From Octopus sinensis (taxonomy: Eukaryota): 17,215 nt of DNA. The stretch covers positions 1-17,215 of the forward strand of contig NW_021823926.1 in NCBI RefSeq assembly GCF_006345805.1. The letters are read 5' to 3'. A program made the translations under genes and the position numbers. Positions 8,392-17,215 of this stretch are shown here, one piece after another; position 1 is the stretch's first letter; every line of letters starts with the position of its first letter. Below the pieces are notes generated by a model, which had not been told where the DNA came from, made no database searches, and saw only the letters and a list, made by a program, of their open reading frames with translations.

Positions 8392-9367
8392 TAATATCAA
8401 AACATGTTGAAGAATTTAGCACATGGTTCGGAGAACTTTTTTAACCAATTACTCCAAATATGTTTGTTTACACCGACCTTAACCGATTGATTTGAAAGGA
8501 AGAAAATGATGGATTCTTTGAATTCAAAAAGTCCACTGAATCTATTTTTGGGAATCTATTTTGGGGAATCTATCTATATGAATCAAATTATATTTCCCTT
8601 GCATTGGACAGATGCAGTTTTGCCAGAAGAAAAATTCCTGTCGTAAGAAGGAACACGTTTTTTTTTCATATAATTATACTTGTGTCTAATGAGTCCTCAT
8701 TACCTCCAAGAATTTCCCCGGTTCGCCGACACCTGATTTAGCAGATTTCATTGCTGGAATTAAAACTGTCTAGCGTTTTGGTCAGATGGTCAATCAGATG
8801 AGATTTCACATAAAATAAAATATACCAAAATAATAACAAAAGAAATCCAATAAAAAAGAAAGCGGTCACGGTATCAAAGAAGATTTTGAGAAGGCCAAAG
8901 GAAATGGAATAATTTAGAATCTGAGACTTGGTAAGATTCTACAGGATATCTTTAAATTAAGTTATCTCATTATTTACTAAAGAAGAATTTTCCGTTTCCA
9001 ATGTCCTTCCAAGATTCTCGGAGTAATTGCTTCTTACCATTATTTGTGGCTGGTCAATATAAAAACAAAACGAAACAAGACAGAATAAAACTGCAACAGC
9101 AAATACAAAACAAAACAATAATAATAATAAGAAGAAGAAAAAACAATGGTGAACCATATGATGCTATTGACAAAGTTCTATAATTGGAAAAATGCGTGTG
9201 TACATGTATGTGTGTATACACACACACATGTATGTATGTATTTATATATATACATGCGTGCATACCTACCTACATATACACATACAAACGTGCATACATA
9301 CATATATGTATATATAAATGCTTATATGCGTCTATATGCATGTACATACAAACATACATACATACAG

Positions 9368-10100
9368 ATGAGCTACTGAGAGAAGCTAAAAGAACTGAAG
9401 CTCTACCCCCTGGAGTGAAGGCGAAAACATGCAGTGATATACATATAGAAGATCCTGGAAGGTCAAGCTCCTAACTTTGGGATTTAAAAGCTATACCAAT
9501 CACCGAACAGGATGGCACTGCTTATACTCGAGATCCATCTCCATCTCGAATAAGGATCCAGTACCTATTTCTTTACTACCCACAAGGGGCTAAACACAGA
9601 GGGGACAAACAAGGATAGACATAGGTATTTAAGTCGATTACATCAACCCCAGTGCGTAACTGGTACTTAATTTATCGACCCCGAAAGGATGAAAGGCAAA
9701 GTCGACCTCGGCGGAATTTGAACTCAGAACGTAACGGCAGACGAAATACCGCTAAGCATTTCACCCGATGTGCTATCGATTCTGTCAGCTCGTCGCCTTT
9801 TCTCAAATAAGGACCCAGTACCACAACAGCTTGGCTTTCAGAGCATCGAAACTGTTTAATATCATGTCAAATAACCACAGAAATTTGCGAGGTGTGGATG
9901 TCAAAACCTTCAAAAAGCCCCTGGCCAAACTTCTGTCTGAAATCCCAAATGGATCCGCAACGTGGCAGAAGGCGCAAAGAAGAGCAAGCGCCGTCCAACT
10001 CGCTTCTTCACCAGTAACAGTACAGAAGAGATATCCCCAAAACTGAGAGGGGTGTTCCAGCATGGCCCCCAGCCTTTGTCTGAAACCAGTAAAAGTTAAG
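9368..10100 (+). mobile_element. CR1/L2-type LINE 3' end (RT C-terminal pseudo-ORF plus 3' terminus), interrupted by a SINE
   Basis: MSY*EKLKELKLYPLE*RRKHAVIYI*KILEGQAPNFGI matches the CR1/L2 'SYWERLKELKLYSLERRR...IWKIL.G' motif. It resumes after the SINE as SQIRTQYHNSLAFRASKLFNIM...FKKPLAKLLSEIP and ends in a CCAGCATGGCC...CTGAAAC terminus. Confidence 0.85.
9565..9800 (-). mobile_element. tRNA-derived SINE (type C) with 21-bp target-site duplication
   Basis: Minus starts AAGGCGACGAGCTGACAGAATCGATAGCA, B-box GAGTTCAAATTCC, central GTCGACTTTGCCTTTCATCCTTTCGGGGTCGATAAATTAAGTACCAG. TSD at 9544-9564 and 9801-9821 (19/21). Confidence 0.9.
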
Positions 10101-10101
10101 A

Positions 10102-10214
10102 CACACACACGCGCGCGCACACAAGCACACATATACATATATATAAAACATATTTTTACAAACACAGATACCCACACACACACACACAGACACACACAGA
10201 CACAGACACACACA

Positions 10215-10266
<52 letters not shown>

Positions 10267-10558
10267 TATATATAACATATTTTACAAACACACACACACA
10301 GAGACACACACAGACAGAAAGAGAGAGACACACACACAGACACACACACACATACACACACACATACAGAGACACACACATACACATATATATATATATA
10401 TATCATATTTTTACAGACATACACACACACAGAGACTCAGACACACAGACACACACACAGACACGCACACAGACTCAGACACACACACAGACACACACAC
10501 AGACACACACAGACACACACAGACACACACACACCACACACACACACACCACACACAG
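10102..10558. repeat. Higher-order ~127-bp tandem repeat built from (CA)/(CAGA)/(TA) microsatellites
   Basis: Anchor CATATTTT(T)ACA at 10149, 10276 and 10404. Confidence 0.8.
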
Positions 10559-10694
10559 ATTCATGCACTTATTGCAGCAGTCCTTCAGTTTTTCTAAACC
10601 CTGAAAGGCCGGGCCTCCAATCAAGCCTTTCGTGATACTCTTAAAGCCAGGAAAGTTTCAGCACCCCACCCCCGTGTATACTGTTTTTACAACA

Positions 10695-10795
10695 ATGACG
10701 ACGACATCGGCGATGTTGACGATGATAATGATGATGTTGACGATGACCATGATAACATCAGACATGTTGGCAACGATGATGACGAAGACAACGAT
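10695..10795. repeat. Degenerate (GAT/GAC)n trinucleotide repeat
   Basis: Direct reading. Confidence 0.85.
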
Positions 10796-11067
10796 TTATC
10801 TTTCCCATCTGCGAGTGTCTTTGTGACTGTGCTGAGTCGTCACGCTCTGTTTCTGCTGCCACTAAAAGCTTATTATCTTCATTCGTGCAGAACATAGGTT
10901 CTTCTCTTACCTGTCAACAGAGTCAGGTGAGAGACTAGAAATTTCAGTCAAATTTCTCTTACACCACATCCTCTTGCTTTCAACAATGAAGGACACACTA
11001 AATAGTTAAGTTACCAACACATATATACATACCTATGTTGGAATTTATGTGTCAATATATATATGTT

Positions 11068-11277
11068 AAGATAAAGCTGAAGATCAGTGAAAAAGAGAAC
11101 ACCTATGCTGAACTATTGAGAAATCTGCAGTTATTCTATCTAAATTACAAGTTCAGGTTTAAACCTGTAATTATTGGGGCCCTGGGATATGTAACACACT
11201 GCCTAAATACCAATCTTAAGAAATTAGGCTTATCAAAACCAGAAAGGAGAAAGCTAATTCGAAGACTACAGATCCAA
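11068..11277 (+). pseudogene. RLE-type non-LTR retrotransposon (R4/Dong/NeSL-like) endonuclease C-terminal fragment
   Basis: KISEKENTYAELLRNLQLFYLNYKFRFKPVIIGALGYVTHCLNTNLKKLGL matches the RLE C-terminal 'K..KY..L......P..IGALG......L..LG' motif. Confidence 0.8.
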
Positions 11278-11289
11278 TTCATCATATAT

Positions 11290-11625
11290 ATTCCAGCGTT
11301 ATGGCTTAACAGCCCTTACTGTTTGTCTTTACTGTTTTGTACTCACTGTCCTGTTTTTGTTACCACTTTAACCCTCCGCAAATCCCAAACTTTTAAAATT
11401 TGTCTTGCGGAACGACTGTTTTAACGAAGTCGCATCTTGTCCCAATGTTCCAAACGAGGAGTAGATAAAACAGGGGACAACTGATGAAGGGAATGTTTTT
11501 TATGTTGCCTGTCTCGTTTCTCTATTTGTTTCTTTGTTAAAAAAAGTTCGTTTTCCATGTTTTAGTTTTTTTATGCTCTCGTTTTCAGTTTGACTCACGT
11601 GTTTTTGACGTCCTGTACCCATATG
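11290..11625 (+). mobile_element. Possible decayed PLE-like 3' tail
   Basis: Pyrimidine/T-rich; stem CCGCAA/TTGCGG (11376-11410) followed by GAAC-GACT-GTT, an HHR 3'-half relic; isolated CTGATGA at 11481. No complete motif. Confidence 0.3.
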
Positions 11626-11723
11626 TGCATGCAATATATATATATATAATTTATATATTATAGGATCGAACGCCACGCATCCATTTCCAAGTAAGTTATC
11701 TATAATATATATTATATATATAG

Positions 11724-11764
<41 letters not shown>

Positions 11765-11895
11765 GTAAACAAACATAACTTTGTTTCTGAAGCACTGAAA
11801 TGTATAGTAGTACAAGTACCCAAAAATTTTTTCAACGCGTAAATACTGACAGAACAGCATATATAGGATAAAATCTTTACAGAGCAGAAAAATCT

Positions 11896-11958
11896 GTCAA
11901 AAACCAGCCATGAGACTCGAAGGGATGTGAGTTCGAGTCCAATGGCTGGTTTGTTGAC
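11896..11958. repeat. 63-nt fold-back hairpin (24 bp, 10-nt loop)
   Basis: GTCAA-AAACCAGCCAT-ga-GACTCGAA / TTCGAGTC-ca-ATGGCTGGTTT-g-TTGAC. Confidence 0.85.
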
Positions 11959-12250
11959 CTCCAGACGACTTCGGAATCTCCTGCAACTTTTCTGGTTTGT
12001 CTCCTTGTTTAAGTTGGTGAATGCTGCCATAATCCTTGCCTTCAGTTATTCCTTGGTGTTACAAAGAGTTTTGTTGGTCTCTTGCTCGACTGTGTCTCAC
12101 GCATAATAATCATGGGGGTTGCAGTCTTGGGTGTTAGGTGGCCAGACTTTGGGGGTGATGCGGTTGCAGAAATTGTCTGACAGCCATGACTGGGTTCTCT
12201 TGTTTGTTTTAGCATGGTGCAAAGTCCTACTGCCAGACATAGGGTCTTTC
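11959..12250 (-). pseudogene. Tc1/mariner-superfamily transposase C-terminal remnant
   Basis: RPYVWQ*DFAPC (second catalytic D region, QQD.AP.H) / RTQSWLSDNFCNRITPKVWPPNTQDCNPHDYYA*DTVEQETNKTLCNTKE*LKARIMAAFTNLNKETNQKSCRRFRSRLE. Contains the WPPNSPD.NP.DY motif with D as the third catalytic residue. Confidence 0.9.
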
Positions 12251-12553
12251 ACGGGAGACGACCAGGGTTGCCGGGTGTACGAATAAGAATACAAGAATTA
12301 CAGAATGGAGTTTTGAAGATCCGGGTTAGATATGTTTCGTAGCGGTCGGAACCTCAGAGGTCCTGACTGAATCTTCTATGTGTCAACATGTACATCCTTT
12401 CGACAATGTAGCCTTTAATTTAATCAAGATATCTTTGTCCTGAAGTGTAGCCGGCGGCATACACCTCGCCTAGATTTTTACTACCTCTGACGTTCTGGCT
12501 ATTATGAAACATATGTATCCCGGATCTTATATACTTCATTCCGTAACTCTTGT
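12251..12553. mobile_element. Divergent inverted pair of PLE-like tail segments, each with a hammerhead-like motif
   Basis: 12291-12360 (reverse complement) vs 12484-12553: 55/70 identical, ungapped. Each has CTGANGT ... GAAAC-ATAT-[GC]TA. Confidence 0.65.
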
Positions 12554-12586
12554 GTGTATGTATGTACACACACACGCATGTATATA

Positions 12587-12626
<40 letters not shown>

Positions 12627-12634
12627 TATTTATA

Positions 12635-12925
12635 TCACCGTGGTCACCGTGATAAACCAGGCTATCAGATGTTGCTACGCATTGCTGGTTACAATGCGTT
12701 TCGCATTGTTTTAACTTTCAAATGACGCCACCCCGCTAACAGAAGAAAGAGTGAGAGAAAGTTGTGGCGAAAGAGTACAGTAGGGACCGCCGCCACCCCC
12801 TGCCGGAGCCTCGTGGAGCTTTAGGTGTTTTCGTTCAATAAACTCTCACAACACCCGGTTTGGGAAACGAAACCGCGATCCTACGACCGCGAGTCCGCTG
12901 CCCTAACCACTAGGTCATTGCGCCT

Positions 12926-12928
<3 letters not shown>
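12635..12928 (-). mobile_element. tRNA-derived SINE (type D) inserted in (TA)n
   Basis: Minus starts TGGAGGCGCAATGACCTAGTGGTTAGGGCAGCGGACTCGCGGTCGTAGGATCGCGGTTTCG (A-box, tRNA-like head, decayed B-box); TA tracts on both sides. Confidence 0.85.
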
Positions 12929-12967
<39 letters not shown>

Positions 12968-13340
12968 ACACACACACGCACATATATGCATGTATTGACA
13001 TTATCGACTACTCATACTCAGCATACACACACTTTGTGTGTTTGCCGGCAGGCTGCGATATGACGTGGTGGAGGTTACCGATTCAAAGCGCTAGGTTTCA
13101 CAACACCTGAAAATCATGGACAGACCAGACAACTCACTCTAAATTCTTTAGGATCGGATCCCTGAATGAGATTTGGGGTAAGTTGTCGATAATGTGTGGG
13201 TTGGGATGCATGGTCGATAATGTTTACCACACTAGCGCTAGGATTGCTGTTGTAGCTTCCGAATAATGCCACTTCTTTGGCTGGGCAGGCAGGAAGGCTC
13301 TTCAAGCCCCCTGAACGGAAGGCCAGTCCATTGCAAGGCT

Positions 13341-13420
13341 AGCTGTTGACACCGGAGTGGACTGGAACAACGTGCAATGAAGAGCAATGAGGTATTTTGC
13401 TGAAAGAACACAAAGCCAAC
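13341..13420 (-). mobile_element. SINE type A central-domain fragment
   Basis: GAGTGGACTGGAACAACGTGCAATGAAG...TTGCTGAAAGAACAC parallels plus 1095-1145. Confidence 0.6.
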
Positions 13421-13424
13421 GCTT

Positions 13425-13518
13425 TAGAAGAACATACTTGCCCCAGGTGCTGCGAAGTGGGATTGAACCCCAGAATCAAGTGGCTGCAAAGTGAACTCTT
13501 ACCCATGCAGCTATGCTC
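13425..13518 (-). mobile_element. SINE type B 5' fragment
   Basis: CTTGCCCCAGGTGCTGCGAAGTGGGATTGAACCC...CAGCTATGC; minus B-box GGTTCAATCC. Confidence 0.7.
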
Positions 13519-13872
13519 ACAACCAATGTCTTGCGTTTTTCTTCAGCTACTGCTATATTTTAAACTAGTACAAACCGTCCGTTTGCTATTAAAATGTTTA
13601 TCAAAAATGGCGAATCTGCGATATTATTTTTCTGTATCTGATTAAAAGACGACATTGTCCCGATTGTCACGACTAGAAATCTATTTGATTAGGTCAGCTG
13701 GATCAGGGTTAAACTTAGGGTTAAAAAAAGCAATATAAACAACAGCAAGAACGACAATTACGATGGCGCCGATGACAGCGACAACAACAAAGCCTTGTCG
13801 CTTGTGGTGGTCAGGAACAGGCCGAACCCATTTTTAAACATGTCACGTCATGCACTTGCCATTCACTTTTCC

Positions 13873-13874
<2 letters not shown>

Positions 13875-13904
<30 letters not shown>

Positions 13905-14515
13905 CCGCCACCACCACCTCGTCTATTTAGAATTTTTTATGCAAAGATTTTATTTTTAATATTCTTAACTCTTGTAACAGAGCATCCTTCATTTTCATGA
14001 TGATGGTGATGATGCTGATACTGAAGAGCCGGAGGAGAATGATGGGAGGAGTTAAAAAAGAAGAGATAGGGAGGTGGTGGGGAAGGGGTAGGGAGGGCAT
14101 CACCAACATCATCGTCGTCATCATCATTATCGTCACTGTCGTCACCACGACAGCCATCATCATGACCATCATCTTCGCCAACCTTCATCAATTTCATTAT
14201 CCGCAAACATCGCCATCCATCCACAACTTGTCACCATCATCGCCAACATACCCATCACAATCCCCTCCCCTTCCTCTCCTTCCCTTCCTCTTCCTCCCCT
14301 CCTCTCCATTCTTCCTCCCCCTTCCCTTCCTCCTCCTCCCCTTCACCTCTTTCCTTCTTCTCCTTCACCCCTTCCTCTTCTCCCCGTCACCCTCCTCCCC
14401 AGTCACTCTCCCCCTTCCCCCACCCTTCTCCTCCTCCTCCACCGCACCATCATCCTTATCATCACCACCACGATGGTCACCATGATCATCGTCATCATGA
14501 CCATCATGATAATCG

Positions 14516-14554
<39 letters not shown>

Positions 14555-14640
14555 CCACCACCATCATCATCACCACCACCATCATCATCACCACCACCAT
14601 CATCATCGTCATCGTCGTCGTCGTCGTCGTCATCTTTATC
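13875..14640. repeat. Trinucleotide and low-complexity tract: (CAT)n, (CAC)n, (CTC)n/CT-rich, (CGT)n
   Basis: Direct reading; source of the poly-M/I/H/P ORFs. Confidence 0.9.
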
Positions 14641-14914
14641 GTTGCTGACGTTGTCACAATATCAGTAAAATAAAGGAAAAAAAAACAAGATGGAGGCATC
14701 TAATCTGTCTTAAAAATCTAAATCTGATCCAAACTTCGGAGAATGGCGACCTATCAAGTTACGCAACATAGAGTTTGATTTGGTATATGAGTGTGTGTGC
14801 TTGTGTGTGTATGTGTGTGCGTATATGTGTGTATAAAATATATGTATCGGTGTGAGTATGCATATATGTATGTTAATATAACTATATATATATATATATA
14901 TATATCCCCTATTT

Positions 14915-15275
14915 CTCTTTTTCTCTCTCTCGTTGCTTACACGTGACCATCGTCCATCTTTCTTTTCTTGCACGATGTCCTAAGGACTGGAGCCTCTTCT
15001 TATCTTTCTCTTTTCAAAGAAAATATTCCTCCCACCGATCATTATTTCCCCTTCGTTCTCGTCTAACGACCCTCCATGTTTGTTTTCGTTCGGTTTCCTT
15101 ATATGTTTCCACTATCCTGCTTTTGTTCCCAGCTTGACCCTCCATAAATCCATAATTTTATTCTGGAAGTTATGGGAGAAACTGTCTTCAAACTCTCATA
15201 TTGTCGTTGAATGCTCGAAATGAGGAGTAGGTAGAGAGCCGACAACTAATGTAGGGTCGTTCTTGTCCTGTTTTT
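14915..15275 (+). mobile_element. Possible decayed pLTR-like element of the 1485/5865 architecture
   Basis: Pyrimidine-rich leader after (TA)n, relic TGTCG...GCTCGAAAT near 15202-15221, and a T-rich tail abutting the minus-strand PLE ORF. Confidence 0.3.
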
Positions 15276-15653
15276 CATTTTTTCTCTCGTCGCAATTCTA
15301 GGTAGTAATCCTTGGTAAATCTATATAAATTTCCTGTTTTATCAGATTGAACCAGTATCCCATCAATGTTGTGAAATTCTTTGGTGATATTGTGAAGATA
15401 CTTCAGATGTTTATTCCTTAAGGGTGAATGATGGAATTTCACATTCCTCACGATAGACCAGATTGTTTTTAGATTTAAACAATTTGCTGTAGGTCGTTAG
15501 TGGGTTGTTTAATGTCTTTGTTTTCGAAGAAGAAAGCAAGCCATCTTATACAGTTAATAAAGGAGTTTGTTGACTAATGACTAGTTTAGGGAAAAGCTTC
15601 GTTGGGGGAATGAGTATATCCTTAAGAGATGCATTTATATCAAATAACTCCAT
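15275..15653 (-). pseudogene. Penelope-like element ORF N-terminal remnant
   Basis: ATG at 15653: MELFDINASLKDILIPP / TNSFINCIRWLAFFF / IWSIVRNVKF...ILVQSDKTGNLYRFTKDYYLELRRE. Resembles PLE N-terminal motifs YSLKNIPIP, SFIKRMRWKAFFF and V.ADKT.NLY. Confidence 0.85.
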
Positions 15654-15911
15654 ATGTGGTAACTATTTTATTAACAGGTTATATGGAAACCTGGTTGAAG
15701 TGTATATAAATTAATGTGCATTTTTTCAATGTGTACAAATAACATGGAAAAATATAAATAGTTACCAGTGTAGCAAAGATTTACATAAGGGCCAATGATA
15801 TTTCAGCCTACTTATAAAGGTAGAAATTCCAGGGTTAAGTGAAATATTTTTGTATATCATAGATAAATTAAGAAATGGAGTCAAACGCAGCTGTTATTCA
15901 AATCTTTATAC

Positions 15912-15958
15912 TTCCGACATATGTTTCGAAGAAAACATTGATATTTTTCCGGAGGGAA
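15912..15958 (-). ncRNA. Degenerate minimal hammerhead upstream of the PLE ORF
   Basis: TTCC-CTCCGGA-AAAATA-tcaa-TGTTTT-cttc-GAAAC-ATAT-GTC-GGAA. Helix I TTCC/GGAA, palindromic ACATATGT, GUC site. Two core substitutions (G5 and A6 to C). Confidence 0.6.
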
Positions 15959-16074
15959 TAAAATGATGTAAAACAATGCAATCATCTCACCAGGGATGAT
16001 TGCATCAATGGAGGTTTATATACACACAAGCAAATAAATTCATGTGAGTGTTATTACTTCTAATTTAATAATGC

Positions 16075-16250
16075 TACCAACAATAGCAACAACACTAAGA
16101 AGAAGAACAACAATGGTGTTGATGATGATGATGAGGAGGAGGAGGAGGAGAAGGAGGAGGAGGAGAAGAAGGAGGATGATGAGGGTGATGGTGTTGATAA
16201 TGATGATGTTTGTTGAGGTTGTGGTGCTGGTGGTGGTGGTCGTCGTCGTT
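16075..16250. repeat. Mixed trinucleotide repeats (ACA/AGA/GAT/GGA/GGT)
   Basis: Direct reading; source of the poly-R/L/S/P ORFs. Confidence 0.9.
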
Positions 16251-16664
16251 TGTTCCATTGGCCACAGAGGCTGAAGACATTGAATAATGTGGAAGACGAA
16301 ATACAACTGACACTCATTTAAAACAAAACATCGGAGTTTTTACAACGACCAAAGGGAAATTAGCAAAAGCAAGGACATTACAAATGTTACACTAAAGCAT
16401 AAAAGCAGTCTGACTATTCCACCCACCCCAGGACTGTGTTTCATACCCCCATGTTTTCCCCTACACTCCCTAGCTAGGACAACGCAGCCTTCGCGTTTCG
16501 TCTCACAGAATATTGCCAAGGGCCATTCTGAAGATACTCTCACAAAATGCAGTTGTTGTTGCGGTGTGCAGGTTTGTATGCCTCAATCAGGCTGGAAGTT
16601 GCACCGATGAAGTGGAAACTTCTGGAAGGACCTTCTATGCTGGAGAGGTCAAAGGGTAGAGGTC

Positions 16665-16825
16665 AACCGATCAACCAAATAATCAGCCAACAAGACAGCA
16701 ACCCAACCAACCAAACAGCCAACTAACCAGCAAGCCAACCGACCAACCAGACAACCAAATTACCAGCTAGCCAGCCGACCGACCGAGCAATTAACAAGTC
16801 AACAAACCAAGCAAGCAACCAGCCC
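16665..16825. repeat. Degenerate (AACC/AGCC)n tetranucleotide repeat
   Basis: Direct reading. Confidence 0.85.
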
Positions 16826-16954
16826 ACAGGAAATAATAAGGTACATCGCTTGATAAATAAGTCTATATATATTTATATATTCCTATGTAATTAGGCCAGG
16901 TTCTCTAATTCAGTAATTAAGTTACCAAATTCCTTTGGGGAGTTGAATTTCACA

Positions 16955-17135
16955 GCAAGGCTTTATACACATACTTACACATGCATACATACTTATATAC
17001 ATACATACATACATACATACATAAATACACAAACATACATATATACATACATACATACATACATAAATACGCAAACATACATATATATATATACAGCACT
17101 TCACACACCACACACATGTATGTACATGTAACGTA
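16955..17135. repeat. (TACA)n/(TA)n microsatellite
   Basis: Direct reading. Confidence 0.9.
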
Positions 17136-17195
17136 TGTTAATTTATTCATAACATATGCTGTTTTGGTAATTCCTTGACGATTATAAAATAAGAA

Positions 17196-17204
17196 GCTTA
17201 CCTG
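17196..17204 (-). other. Possible splice donor at the window edge
   Basis: Minus CAG|GTAAGC, 8/9 match to the U1 consensus; only 14 nt of putative exon (YRET...) are visible. Confidence 0.25.
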
Positions 17205-17215
17205 GTTTCTCGATA

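Noticed and set aside
8612-8642. Plus-strand 31-nt microexon (GGACAG|...GTC|GTAAGA)
   Set aside because: Modest splice signals overlapping an equally plausible minus-strand candidate; chance level.
10891-10932. 36-nt exon candidate with a strong CAG|GTGAGA donor
   Set aside because: An equally strong donor lies on the opposite strand within it, and the flank looks like repeat-derived sequence; no independent support.
11481-11487. Perfect CTGATGA
   Set aside because: No helix II or GAAA follows. The same applies to CTGATGA at 7671-7677.
13705-13723. TTAGGG-like telomeric units
   Set aside because: Only about two imperfect units.
16487-16550. Minus CAGAAT/ATTCTG stem followed by CGAAACGCG
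   Set aside because: Possible very old HHR relic, but CUGANGA, the cleavage triplet and helix I cannot be identified.
106-17178. Most ORFs in the six-frame track (C/V/Y/I/H/T/M/P/S/R-rich)
   Set aside because: They are translations of microsatellites or low-complexity tracts. The real coding relics mostly lie in unlisted, start-less or frameshifted frames.
1-17215. CRISPR array, prokaryotic operon or genuine tRNA genes
   Set aside because: No regular repeat-spacer array. The tRNA-like A/B boxes all belong to SINE heads, with no cloverleaf evident by eye.

Overview
AT-rich eukaryotic, essentially non-coding DNA made of microsatellites and nested, decayed transposons. The repeat types suggest an octopus/cephalopod genome; this is inferred from family resemblance, not a search. 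No intact protein-coding gene, tRNA, rRNA or CRISPR array is supported, and almost every ORF in the track is a translation of simple repeats. Recognisable content: fragments of Penelope-like retroelements (PLEs: an ORF N-terminus, a ~1 kb RT C-terminal/linker/GIY-YIG region, two more endonuclease C-termini, and non-coding tails); at least four tRNA-derived SINE types; a CR1/L2-type LINE 3' end interrupted by a SINE with a 21-bp TSD; an RLE-type non-LTR C-terminus; a Tc1/mariner transposase remnant; and a probable non-autonomous Helitron-like element. The strongest hidden signal is about eight PLE-type minimal hammerhead ribozyme (HHR) motifs. One at 615-683 (minus) has a fully canonical core, one has a ~95-nt helix II domain, and two form an inverted pair. 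One PLE ORF also carries an in-frame poly-Asn/poly-Ser linker of ~130 codons. Family names and protein consensus motifs are from recalled knowledge; nothing was searched or folded computationally.
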